This document shows positions 1-13,389 of a stretch of 64,000 nt of DNA, one piece after another. The translations under genes were made by a program, and so were the position numbers. Each line of letters begins with the position of its first letter. The stretch's first letter is position 1. The notes under the pieces were generated by a model that was not told where the DNA came from, searched no databases, and worked only from the letters and a program-made list of their open reading frames with translations. The DNA comes from Octopus sinensis (lineage: Eukaryota), in the NCBI RefSeq assembly GCF_006345805.1, contig NC_043005.1, positions 76,260,001 to 76,324,000 on the forward strand, written 5' to 3'.

Positions 1-450
1 TTATTAGGTTTTATTTACATCTTTTTTTCTATTAGCTAATTGAGAAATGTTGGAAATGGTAGTGATAGAGTACAGCAAAAAATACTATTGACTTTTTAAA
101 GAATCTATTGATTAGGAACATCAAAGCTTCAGTACAATTTGTTTCATTCCTATAGTACATCTTGGAGAACACACATTTGAATATACTTGTGTCGTCTGCT
201 CTACAAAACCATAAAGGAAAAAAGCGGGAAGAAATACAAAGAGCAGTTAAAATGAAAGAAAAATCTCTTGTTTGGTATCGTATTGATTGGAAAATGAATG
301 AAAAAGAGGCAATATGGTGTAGGTATTAATACTTGAAAACTGATGAAATATTGGTGTATGTACTTCGGAGAAAACAATTACGGTGAAGTCTACATTGCTG
401 ACTCGCGACGATTCTTGTCTGTTTTGTATATCAATTACTATCTCTATTGA

Positions 451-589
451 TATTCTGTTCTATTATAGATACAAGGCCCAAACTTTTTTGGGGAAGGGAA
501 CCAGTCGATAAAATCGTCCCCAGTACGCAACCGGTGCTAAATTTATCGACCCCGAAAGGATGAAAGGCAAAGTCGACCTCGGCAGAATT
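451..589 (-). mobile_element. tRNA-derived SINE family A, partial copy
   Basis: Shares ATCGACCCCGAAAGGATGAAAGGCAAAGTCGACCTCGGC with the copies at 12297-12523 and 17952-18183; the head is missing. Confidence 0.8.
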
Positions 590-714
590 ACTGTCTGTAT
601 TGATATTGATAGCTGACTAAACGAACCTATGTCGGTACGGGTAGAATGACGACAGCTGAGGCGGTCTTCTGGCAGATATCCTATATGTATAGGACATCTG
701 CGTATACATATACA

Positions 715-739
715 CATCTACATATACTACATGCATATA

Positions 740-792
<53 letters not shown>

Positions 793-883
793 ATATATAT
801 ATACATACATATGTACATATTACATACATGCATATATATATATACACATACATATATATATGTACATACATACACTTACATGC

Positions 884-941
<58 letters not shown>

Positions 942-1045
942 TATAAAATAGTGTAATAATAAAATATATGCATACATACAAACATATATGTACATACCTA
1001 CATCTACATGTATATATACATGCATATATAAATATATATACGTGT
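715..1045. repeat. (TA)n/(TACA)n microsatellite tract, one of dozens in the window
   Basis: Visible directly; source of the YIYI-type spurious ORFs. Similar tracts at 1497-1612, 5798-5918, 19338-19572, 23630-23780, 50940-51045, 51460-51596, 59581-59660. Confidence 0.97.
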
Positions 1046-1492
1046 GTACAGGACACCACAAATAGACGTAGAACTCAACGAGAAACGAAAACGTAAAAAC
1101 AGCATGGAACGGACCATTCCTTTAACAACGAAAAAACAGAGTACAAGAAAACTACACAAGGAAAATCTCCTTCATCAGCCGTCCCTAGTTCAACTCCAGC
1201 GTGTTTCGAAGGTGAGGACAGAACACGTCTCGTCGAACTAGTCCTTCCTGCGAAAGAATTAAATAAAATTCCTTTGCAGAGGGCTAAAAACAAGGAAAAA
1301 ATGTGACAAAAACAGGACGTAAAAACAATACAATTAAAAACAAATACAAAATAAAAATACAATTACAAGAAATACAGTACAAGAAGGAATAGAAACAGGA
1401 CAGGAAAACAAATAAAGAGGGCCTATAAGCCTAGACGAGGAAAAAATCGATTCGATTCGTTTGGTTTCGTTTCGTTTCTTCTTCTCTAAGCT

Positions 1493-1495
<3 letters not shown>
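1046..1495 (-). repeat. Dispersed repeat 'Q', probable Penelope-like 3' end/pseudo-LTR remnant
   Basis: The minus strand shares ordered motifs with 62540-62891(+): CCTCGTCT(A)GGC, TCGAAA..GGAGT, CTGATGAAGG, then a T-rich stretch ending CCTGTAC at a microsatellite. The PLE assignment is inference. Confidence 0.45.
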
Positions 1496-1541
<46 letters not shown>

Positions 1542-1583
1542 TCATATACATACATATATATATGCATACATATATAACACACA

Positions 1584-1618
<35 letters not shown>

Positions 1619-1879
1619 CACGCACATCACTCTACAAAATGCACACACTAGGTTGCTTATATACATATACACACGCTTCCATACGCACAAACGGACCATA
1701 TGATTTTAAGCTTGTCCGCACCTATACTCACACTCGCTTGTCCCATTCACACATACACACGCACACACATACCATCCTCACAAATACACACGCGCTTCCG
1801 CACCCTATTTCAGCAAGGTCACCATTATTATCTCCCTTCCACTCAACCTTTTTTTCCGGTCATTTCATGTTGAACCGTT

Positions 1880-2070
1880 AACTCCTACACATTTTTTCTC
1901 GTTCTCTCTCCATTTTTTCCCATCGCACTCCTTTCTGTCGAAGAGCATAGGCTCGAAACGTCAAAGACTTTTCCATTCTTCCCGAACATCAAGCTGATAC
2001 ACCTGCTTGCTGTTTTCGTTCACCTGTCTTCGTCTTTTGTTTTCGGCAAATTTGAACTATATATTACAAT
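1880..2070 (+). mobile_element. Penelope-like pseudo-LTR segment (repeat 'P') upstream of the PLE ORF
   Basis: Contains a minimal hammerhead motif; homologous pieces at 15273-15368(-), 59909-60034(-), 63136-63235(-) and 63306-63507(+). Confidence 0.7.
1931..1966 (+). ncRNA. Minimal type I hammerhead motif with variant core (A6U)
   Basis: CTTT-CTGTCGA-A-GAGC(ATAG)GCTC-GAAAC-GTC-AAAG: 4-bp stem I, 4-bp stem II, palindromic ACGT stem III, GUC site. Confidence 0.65.
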
Positions 2071-2312
2071 ATATTACATATGCTCACGTGGTTACCCCAG
2101 TTCGATCCTGCCTGACTAAACTTCCTCTTTTCTTGGACGCTCATCTTTCCTGTTTTCTTATTGGCTACTTTCGTAGCTGTATATCGAACTAATCTGCCAT
2201 GACTTTTAAACTTTCTGAAACTTGCTGAACTTTTTGAACTTCGTACGTTAATAACTTTGCCATTTGTTCTCTCTCTTTTTCATCTTTTTTCTCTCCTATT
2301 CCTCATTCCACC

Positions 2313-4430
2313 ATGCCCAATAACAAATCCTTCTTCCTCCACCTACACCACTGCCTAAAACATCACCTCACCTCGCTTCCCTTCCGCTGACTTCATTCTT
2401 CTTTCAATCTTTTCTTATTCGCTTTCTAAAAGACACATTTCTCCAGTCACACTTCCTTTCTCAGTTGCTGCCTTCATCACAACGTCATTCCCAATGGTTT
2501 CCGCCTCCTTTTCCACCCTACCTCCCATTCTGCTTCTACCATCTTACCCATCCTCCGTTCCACTTCCTGCCGCCTCATGCGTGCCACCATCCGTTCGAAT
2601 CTCTCCAAAATACACCCTTGACCGCTTTCTCCCTCTTTTTGACTCCATTTTCTTCTCCTGCTGCACCCCACTCCGTCGCTGACTCCATCATACGTTTCAT
2701 TTTCCATCTAAGGCACCTTCTCCATGACTAAAGTATACAAACTTCAATCACTCCTTCATTCTGTTCCACTGGACGTAATTACCCTCACCCCTCGTCCCGT
2801 TCTCCCTGACCTACTCTCCCTCATCCCCGCTCCTTCATCCTGTCCCACCCAACACCACTACACCCACCCTGACTCTTCCTCCACGATCCACAACACCTCA
2901 TCCTCATCCCAACCATCTACTACTCCTACCCTCACCCATATCACTCCTCTCTCTTTTCCCAGCCTTCTACCGCCTCCACCTACCCGTCCTCACCTAACTC
3001 ATCTTCCTCCACACACCTACTTCACTCTGTTGTTACCATTTCTCCTGATTTCCCCTTCTCTGACGTGGAGCATTCTCGCCTTAGTAGGGGTCTCTGTTTA
3101 ATCCCTCTCACTCCATCCACTGACTAGTTTTAGACTCGCTTTGATATCCAACACTTCGTGCGCCGTGTCGGGCTACATGCGCTAATCCACAACACTTCAT
3201 CTGCATCTAATGAAGAAGACTGTTTCACCGAACTGGGCCGCTGGCCATCCCACTGGACACCAGTTCCCGGCCAGTTTCCAGCAGCTGATCAATTTGCAAT
3301 AGTCTGTCAACGTGTTATGGACCGGTTTAACTTTCGCACTGCCACCAACCCTATTGTCCGTACCCCACACAACCCCACTATTCACTTCCTTCCCCAAATC
3401 GACAAACCCCACAACCCTATCGCTCCATCATTTCTGCCCGCAACTATCCCATCGAACTTATCTCTAAGTACCTTGACTGTGTCCTTGCCCACCTAGTGGA
3501 TTCCATCCCCTCACACATTCACGACACCAACCATGCTTTCCGTTTATTTAACTCTTTGTCGTTCCCTCCTGGGCCCACTCGACTCCTGTTCGTTTCTGAT
3601 ATCAAATCTCTATGCCTGATGATCCCGAATAACGAAGGTCTTGCTCTAAGACACTTTCTAGACTTTCGTCCAAACCCTTAGCCCGACACCTCCACACTTC
3701 TTCGTATGGCTGAACTTGTCCTCTCCCTCAACTGCTTCTCGTTCGTGGGTGAGTTTTACCAACAGGTCTTAGGAATGGCTATGAGAAAGAGAATGGGTCC
3801 CAGCTATGCAAACTTATTCATTGGCTATGTTGAGGCCCAAATATTCTTACAACTTACTGGTCCTATCCCTAACTACACGGTCGTTAAATCGTCAATTGTA
3901 TTGATGCAACATCACTCTCCCGCGAACATCATGACTCCTTCCTTTCCTTTGTTCAGTCCTTCCATCCTGCCCTCGAATTCTGTTGCACTGTCTCCAACTC
4001 CCCCGTTGAATTCTTGACATTTCTGTTAGAATAGACCACTTGACTCTTACCACCTCCATTCACTGCAAACACAGATTCACACTCCTGTCTCAACTTCTCC
4101 TCCTCCCACCCTATCAACACCAACCTCTTCATCCCCTATTCCTAGTTCTTCCGTCTACGCTGGCTCTGCAGTGATGACCATGATACTGAGACCCAGTCTC
4201 AACTCATGGCTCACCACTTCACCCTACGCACTATTACCAAAACTGCCCTTGCCCGGGCACGATCCGTTGACTGTGCCTCTGCACTCTCTCCCCGACCCAC
4301 GCTTACCCGCCTCCATTTCCCCCTCATCTATCACTTCTTCACTCTGCTCCTCCAACGTACCATTCTCTGGGCCTTCCATCGACTCCAGTCCACCCCTCCA
4401 TCTTCCACTTTTATCAACGGTGTGTATACA
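2313..4430 (+). mobile_element. Degenerate Penelope-like element 1, RT region, C-rich; truncated before the GIY-YIG domain
   Basis: Frameshifted motifs: LFVSDIKSL..IP (motif A), FYQQVLGMAM..MGPSYANLFIGYVE (motif B), FLDISV, DSHS.LNFSSSHP, IPYS.F.RL..LCSDD. Confidence 0.85.
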
Positions 4431-5643
4431 TTAAGTATAATACATAAATGGCTATTTCAGTTTGATAGTTCCTCATTAGTGTACACCGCATGTATGCATG
4501 TTTGTCTCTCTCTCTCTCTTTCTTTCTCTCTCTTTATATATATATATATATATGTTTGTATATACACACACACACATACATATGTATATACATATACACA
4601 CACACACATATACATATATGCATACATACATATATATATTATATATATGTTTATATGGCCACAGCTCATTAGCTGAAACTGGAAAAATCAAAATCAAAAT
4701 CAATATATATATATCGAAATTACTACGATGATCCGGTTCTTGACTGAAGACTGAGGGTTTCGAATGTCCTGTCCGTGTTTATTGTATCGTCTTCTAAGAG
4801 TTATACGTTCTTGTCCATGTTGTATTTTTCTACATACCTTAATATATATATATATACATACATATATATATATAGATACATACATATATATACATACATA
4901 TATATTATATATATGTTTGTATGTATATATATATATATATATATAGATACACACACACACACATATATTTGTATGCATATATATGAAAACAATTTGCCTG
5001 ATTCAGGGTCACGGCAGAAAACACAGGCGAAAACTACCACACACACGTAACCTGGAACCACAAGAATGCGAAGGCGACTTATCTATATGAGCTTGCCAAT
5101 GTCCACGTTGCTTAATTTTTATCAGCAAAAGTATTTGGACTGGAAAACAACAAAACTCGAATATCAAGACAACCTAGCTGTAAATCTCCATACAGAGATT
5201 CACAGCTAAATTGTCTATGGCTGTACGACTGGTGTCTGAATGCAGCGCTCGTAGGAAAATTCGAAAGTGTGCATGCTTCTCTAAACCTGCTGTAAAAATT
5301 TAAGTTAAGTATAAACTGTTCAAACTTAATTTAATCATCTTGACATTTCAATCTAGAAAAACCTTTTAAAGGTTACAGTCGCTGTCTCTCCATTTCCAAT
5401 TATGGAATAAAAAAATTCCATTACTTCTTTATATTTAAAAAATATAGCACCACAAGTAACTGTGTCTGACCTTGTCATGCTTATTAATTCTTAAAAAGAA
5501 TACAGGAATTACTATATTTTAGATAAATTGGTTTAAAAATGATGCTGATTATCTTCAGATCGTCTGGGAATACTGATTCTCCCAGAACTGTCGCATCCTA
5601 AAAATTGAGGAAATGGTTCAAGTTGAAATTGATAAGAATGAAC

Positions 5644-6655
<1,012 letters not shown>

Positions 6656-6679
6656 TATAAATACACACACACACATATG

Positions 6680-6980
6680 ATGGCCACTCCCGTCGAAGAC
6701 GATGCATGAGCATTCATATTTTACCGAACGACCTGCACAAATGATTTGTTTATAGTGATCAAATGTATGAGCCAGACATCAGCTCACACTCTCTCTCTCT
6801 CTCTCCATCAAATCGACGTTTCCTGAACAGGTGCACAGTGTACTATGCATGACGTATCGAAGTGATTGCAGAACAGCGTGAGAGGAAGTGTTTTGCTCAA
6901 GAATAAAATGCACCACCTGGTCTAGGAATTGAAACCACGATCTCGTGATCGTGAGTGCAACATCCTAACCACTAAGCCAT
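6680..6980 (-). mobile_element. SINE with family C head and alternative tail
   Basis: The plus strand shows GAAGTGTTTTGCTCAAGAA..GGAATTGAAACC..CCTAACCACTAAGCCATGC, as in the 8594-8856 copy. Confidence 0.7.
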
Positions 6981-6998
6981 GCTTTCCCACTAGGACTA

Positions 6999-7027
6999 TA
7001 TCTATCTATCTATCTATCTATCTATCC

Positions 7028-7108
<81 letters not shown>

Positions 7109-7202
7109 CGTACGCACGTACTTATGTATGTATGTATGCATGTATGTATGTATGTATGTATGTATGCATGTATGTATGTATGTGTGTGTGTAAGTATGTA
7201 TG

Positions 7203-7233
<31 letters not shown>

Positions 7234-7352
7234 TACCATATATATATATAGTAATGATAATGATGATGATTATGATGGTGGTGGTGGTGGTGGTGGTGGT
7301 AGTAGTAGCAGTAGTAGTAGTAGTTAGTAGTAGTAGTAGTAGTAGTAGTAGT
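6999..7352. repeat. Compound microsatellite (TATC)n-(TATG)n-(TC)n-(GAT)n-(GGT)n-(AGT)n
   Basis: Visible directly. Confidence 0.95.
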
Positions 7353-7819
7353 TGATAAACCAGCAGAACTGACATTTATTAATAAAGGACATATCTATTT
7401 TTCACATTTAACTTTATTAATGTAGTAAAACAAACTCAGGTCAGAGAAAGTGCACATTTCACTTTATATATATAACAGAAAAAGCAATTTCCTTCTGAAG
7501 CAAGTTTACGTTCATTATGATTAATTAATATTATTTAAGTTTTCTAATTAAAAATCAAATTTCTTTTTTAGAAAGTTAACAGAAAATATCACATAGTCGT
7601 GATATTTTTCCTGGCAAAGATGTGTTGCTATGGAAAATTTCAACTGCTTAGACATAAAACTCTGACCTTCGATTTGGAATATATATATATATATATATAA
7701 ACAGAAATTACGTATAGACATGAATAAATACATGAACGCATTAAGAAATATACATAAATACATGCACCCATAATACATATATATGTACACAATACATACA
7801 TTCATTCATCATCTTTTTT

Positions 7820-8151
7820 CTTATTTCTTTATTGCCTACAAGAGGCTAAACATAGAAGGGACAAACAAGGACATTAAGTCGATTACATTGATCCCAGTGC
7901 GTAACTGGTACTTAATTTATCGATCCCGAAGGGATGAAAGGCAAAGTCGACCTGAGCGGAACTTGAACTCAGAACGTAACGGCAGACGAAATACCTATTT
8001 CTTTACTACCCACAAGGGGCTAAACACAGAGAGGACAAACAAGGACAGACAAGCGGATTAAGTCGATCATATCGACTCCAGTGCGTAACTGGTACTTATT
8101 TAATCGACCCTGAAAGGATGAAAGGCAAAGTCGACCTCGGCGGAATTTGAA
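7820..8151 (-). mobile_element. Dimeric SINE family A, 5'-truncated
   Basis: Two head-to-tail units joined at GAAATACC|TATTTCTTTACTACCC (7995/7996), the same junction as at 25578/25579. Confidence 0.85.
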
Positions 8152-8561
8152 ATCATTATTGTAAGACAGATGAAAAATAGAAAATATAATCAACTTTTCA
8201 CCTGTTAGTTGACCTTTATTTCATACTTACTGAAAAATATAAAGCTTTCTTCTTTTCGTAAGCCCCGAGTTGGACGCCAGGGAAATATGTCCTTTGTGTC
8301 AGATGTGATACACAGAATAGGCAAAAGATTAAAGTTCTCGGATAACTCTACCTTCACGGTGGCTGATCCACTTCATATTCTTGAAGAAATGCTAAGTAGA
8401 CATAACAACAGTGACCTATTAGAAAGAAATAATATAAAAAGCCCCCTCTTTATAACTGAGCTATCTGTTCTTTCTTTCTTTTCTTACTTTCTTTCTTTCT
8501 TTGTCTGTCTGTCTTTTTTTTCTCTCTCTCTCTCCTCTCTCTCAACATACACACACACACA

Positions 8562-9420
8562 AAACACACACACTGTATGATTTTGTCATAAATTAAATAA
8601 ATAAATAAATGCGCCCTTTTAAAGCCTAGCCAGGCTCATGGGCCCGGTTTCCCGGTTTCTCTGGCGTATGTGTTCCCAAGCTGGACGGGACGCCAGTCCA
8701 TCGCAGCGTTACTAATTTTGCCGGCTGAGTGGACTGGAGCAACGTGAAATGAAGTGTTTTGCTCACGAACACAACGCATCGCCCGGCCCAGGAATCGAAA
8801 CCAGAATCTTACGATCATGGTGCTGACACCCTAACCACTAAGCTACGCGCCTCCACTTTTGTCATAAATAACCTTGCTAAATATACACATTAGACAGATA
8901 TATACTTGAAAATATACGAAGATATATATTGCTACACAGACGCACAAACGCACACACACACATGCGCAGACTCAAACCAAACACACAAACACACACACTG
9001 TATGATTTTGTCATAATTAAATAAATAAATAAATGCGCCCTTTTAAAGCCTAGCCAGGCTCATGGGCCCGGTTTCCCGGTTTCTCTGGCGTATGTGTTCC
9101 CAAGCTGGACGGGACGCCAGTCCATCGCAGCGTTACTAATTTTGCCGGCTGAGTGGACTGGAGCAACGTGAAATGAAGTGTTTTGCTCACGAACACAACG
9201 CATCGCCCGGCCCAGGAATCGAAACCAGAATCTTACGATCATGGTGCTGACACCCTAACCACTAAGCTACGCGCCTCCACTTTTGTCATAAATAACCTTG
9301 CTAAATATACACATTAGACAGATATATACTTGAAAATATACGAAGATATATATTGCTACACAGACGCACAAACGCACACACACACATGCGCAGACTCAAA
9401 CCAAACACACACAAACACAC
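8562..9420. repeat. 424-bp tandem duplication, each unit containing a family C SINE
   Basis: The identical ORF translations at 8636 and 9060 give an offset of 424; unit boundaries lie in (CA)n. Confidence 0.92.
8594..8856 (-). mobile_element. Full-length tRNA-derived SINE family C (second copy ~9018-9280)
   Basis: Minus strand: A-box-like TAGCTTAGTGG, B-box-like GGTTTCGATTCC, (ATTT)n tail; 13-bp TSD TTTTGTCATAAAT at 8581-8593 and 8857-8869. Confidence 0.9.
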
Positions 9421-10180
9421 ACACACAGGCACTCGCACACTCACACATACACACAGATATGTAAATGTGTGTGTGCGTGTGTGTGTGTGTGTGTGTGTAA
9501 AAGTGCAGCTATCATGCATACATAATGCCTGACGTAACACTATCAACATTATTTCACATCAAAGAACGAGTTGGTATATGACACGTAAAATGGAAAAGCA
9601 GACGATACATTAAGTAAGAAGGTTAGTCGTCTGGCGTTTGATGTGAAAGGATGGCAGAAGATGCTGAATTTTCCGAATGTTACAAATGCAGTTTAAAACG
9701 TACTTTCTCTCGTCTGCGTAAAATGTAGACTGTAAATGTCAACAGCTACGAATAACTCTTTTGATTCGAGAGTTGTTGACGCTTTTACTTTATGATTCGT
9801 TAATTTAATTATTGGAAACTCATTGAAACTAATCAACGGTCGATGCACACAGACACACACCACACACATATACACACAGAGACAGGCATACACACACACA
9901 CACAGAGACACAGACACATACACATACAGTTGTGTAAGTATCCTAAAGTTCCAGTTCAATGCTACATTGGAAATACCTCATCTTTCTACCCGCCAAGGAC
10001 TTTACACACACACACACACACACGCACACACAGACACACACACGCACGCGCATACACACACACGCACACATACGCACGCACACACACACGCACACATGCA
10101 CACATGCGCGCACACACACAAACACACACACACGCACATACACGCACACGCACACACACGCACACACACACGCACACACA

Positions 10181-10489
10181 GAGGCGTAAGCAGAGCTGTG
10201 TGGTTAAGAAGCTTGATTGGTAACCACTAGTTTCGGGTTCAATCCCACTGCATAGCACCTTAGGTAAGCGTCTTCTACCATAAACCCAGACCGACCATTG
10301 TATATGAATGTGCTTGCATACGTGCGCTTGCGTTTGTCTCCACAACCACTTGACAACTGGTGTTGGTTTGTTTTCACCAGTAATCTAGCGGTTCGTAGAA
10401 AGAAACCGATAAAGTAATGACCTAGATTTGAAAATAAGTACTGGTGTCGATTTGGTCAAATAAACCCTTCAGTGACTGTAACAGGTAAA
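10181..10489 (+). mobile_element. SINE family D, diverged
   Basis: GCTGTGTGGTTAAGAAGCTT..GGGTTCAATCCCACTG head; 3' CACTTGACAACTGGTGTTGG..GTCGATTTGGTC. Confidence 0.75.
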
Positions 10490-10491
10490 AT

Positions 10492-10937
<446 letters not shown>

Positions 10938-11550
10938 TACATAAGTAGGTTTATAGAGAAAGCTTCCTTAAAGTCTGTAAACTTTATATAGAAAGGTCTA
11001 TAAGATTCTCTTACTAGTTTCAATGATCCTATACGCTATGCATTTCTAGGCTTTGTTCAGTGAACCTCTTTCACCAACTTTAGTACCAGGAAGCGTTGAT
11101 TTCAGTCCTTCCTTTTCAGTCACACCCAACTCTCTTTGCAGGTATAAAAGCGTCATTATCAATAAAGTGGCCACTTAATCGTGGAAACTTTGTTTGAACA
11201 GTGTCTGAATGGATTAGTGGATAAGGTTGTACGCCTCAACGGCGCTCTTTTCATGGATGAATTCCCAATCTCATCGAAGGAAACGTATACAAAAAAGTTG
11301 GTTAGTACTCTACTAGCAAGCTCGTTTTCTATACTGCGCTGGAGAAAAGATTTATAAAATATATTTGATTCAGGTTGAACTGGAAAATCTATTCAGAAAA
11401 ATATGCAACACAGATTTATGCATGTGGTTTGTGTGGTTTGTCAAATGTAATACTCGAGGTTTCAGTAGAGTGAACTAAAGCCTTTCAGTAAGAAAATAAC
11501 ACCCTGGTGTTGTTGCAACAGGGATTGTGTAGTTACTATATTTCTAACAA

Positions 11551-11761
11551 TTAAGGTGACGAGCAGGTGGGATCGTTAGCATGTCAGACAAAATACTTAA
11601 CGGCATTTCGTCCGTCTGAGTTTTAATTCTGCCGAGGCCGACTTAGCCTTTCAAACGCTTCGGGTTCGATAAAATAAGTATCATTTGAGTACTGGGGTCG
11701 GATGTAATCGACTTACCCCGCTTTCCCGAACTTGCTGGCCTTGTGCCAATATTTGAAACCA
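11551..11761 (+). mobile_element. SINE family A, diverged
   Basis: TTAAGGTGACGAGC..GATCGTTAGC head; CTGGGGTCG..AATCGACTT body; ATTTGAAACCA tail. Confidence 0.75.
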
Positions 11762-11776
11762 GTATATTTCGTACAT

Positions 11777-11991
11777 TAAGGTGACAAGCTGGCAGAATCG
11801 TTAGCACGCCGGGACGAAATGCTTAGCGGTATTTCGTCTGCCGTTACGTTCTGAGTTCAAATTCCGCCAAGGTCGACTCTGTTTCTCATCCTTTCAGAGT
11901 CGATGAAATAAGTACTAGTCAAATACTGGGGTCGATGTTATCGACCTGCCTATCCCCTCATAAACTGTTGGCTCTGCTCCAAAATTTGAAA
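11777..11991 (+). mobile_element. SINE family A with TSD
   Basis: CTGGCAGAATCGTTAGC (A-box-like), GAGTTCAAATTCC (B-box-like); 14-bp TSD TATATTTCGTACAT at 11763-11776 and 11992-12005. Confidence 0.88.
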
Positions 11992-12096
11992 TATATTTCG
12001 TACATGTGAAACAGTTCAATGCACGGAAACATAAGGAATACCAAATGCTGGATGAAATGATAGAAGTAAAGTAACTCAGAAGAGACAATATAAGAA

Positions 12097-12298
12097 ATAA
12101 TCCTTTCTACTATAGACACAAGGCCTGAAATTTTGGGGAGTAGGATAGTCGATGGCATCGATTCCAGTGCTCAAATGGGGTTTATTTTATCGACTTCGAA
12201 AGGATGAAAGGCAAAGTCGACCCCGGCGGGATTTAATCTCAGAAAGTAAGACTGAATGAAATGTCGCTAAGCATTTTGTCTAGTGCTCTAACGATTCT
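12097..12298 (-). mobile_element. SINE family A, diverged, head cut by the adjacent copy
   Basis: GAAAGGATGAAAGGCAAAGTCGACC body; ends at ACGATTCT where the next copy begins. Confidence 0.75.
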
Positions 12299-12523
12299 TA
12301 TTTCTTTATTGCCCACAAGGGGCTAAAAATAGAGGGGACAAACAAGTCCATTAAGTCGATTACATCGACCCCAGTGCGTAACTGGTACTTAATTTATCGA
12401 CCCCGAAAGGATAAAAGGTAAAGTCGACCTCGGCGGAATTTGAACTCAGAACGTAACTGTAGACGAAATACCGCTAAGCATTTCACCCGGCGTGCTAACG
12501 ATTCTGCCAGCTCGCCGCCTTAA
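12297..12523 (-). mobile_element. SINE family A monomer (type X tail)
   Basis: Complete head CGTGCTAACGATTCTGCCAGCTCGCCGCC and ATTGCCCACAAGGGG tail. Confidence 0.9.
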
Positions 12524-13103
12524 CAATGAAAGAAATAATACCTCGTATATTTGTTTAATTACTCGTTGGACAGAGTGACGCAATAGAAACGTCCGTACAT
12601 CGAAACTACACTGTAAATAAAAGGATACTTTTTTAAATACTTGTACGTTGCAACTGATTTGTCTACATGTGTGTATCAATATATCTACGGGGGTAGGTAC
12701 AAAATATATTATGCCGTAGGAATTTGTACAGGGCCAAGGGATCACCAAGTGACCATGATACACCAAAATCCAAGTTACATAGTGTGCAGAAGCGACAACA
12801 GGACGTTTTGCTTAATATTTAGGATAATTGCTGATTCCAGAATAATTGTCGCTTTCAATAATTTTTTTTTTCAGACTGTCTTCAGTGGATAAAGATACGG
12901 AGTCAACCAAAAAGACAAACACTAAATACAGCCGCTTGATTAACTCTGATCACACAGACCAACGACCAAGAGCGTTGACGTTGTGATCTACCAGCTTCAC
13001 ATGCAAGACTACACTATCTTTGATATATATATCTTCTCTTTGTAGAATCTAGGGGAATGATTTTAGACTTGGCTGCAGTTTCTTGTAGGTCAACTAACCA
13101 TAT

Positions 13104-13389
13104 GTGGAGGCACATGCCCTAGTGGTTAGAGCAGCGGACTCGCGGTTGAGGGATCGAAGGTTCGAATCTCAGTGTGTGTTTATGAATAATACCTAAGCTC
13201 CACGCGACTCCGACAGAAGGTAATGGCGAACTTCTGCTGACTCTTTCGCCACAACTTTCTCTCACTCTTTCCTCCTGTATCTTGCAGCTCACCTGCGACG
13301 GACCGGCGTCCCGTCCAGGTGGGGAACCTATACGCCAAAGAAACCGGGAAACCGGCCCTTATAAGCCAGGCGTGGCTCGAGAAGGAACG
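13104..13389 (+). mobile_element. Chimeric SINE: family B head, family C tail
   Basis: Head matches 35510 (GCAGCGGACTCGCGG); tail GGCGTCCCGTCCAG..GAAACCGGGAAACCGG matches family C; imperfect TSD CAACT(A/G)ACCA at 13091 and 13392. Confidence 0.8.

Noticed and set aside
1-400. Possible GIY-YIG C-terminus (ES.LIRNIK) and CTGATGA at ~341
   Set aside because: Needs frameshifts, and no GAAAC/stem III partner folds; too decayed.
617-1061. YIYI/HTHT/CVCV/LSIY-type ORFs here and throughout the window
   Set aside because: Translations of TA, CA and TATC microsatellites; no coding signal.
4745-4775. CTGAAGA..CGAATGTC motif
   Set aside because: GAAA incomplete and stem II weak; at most a decayed pseudo-LTR.
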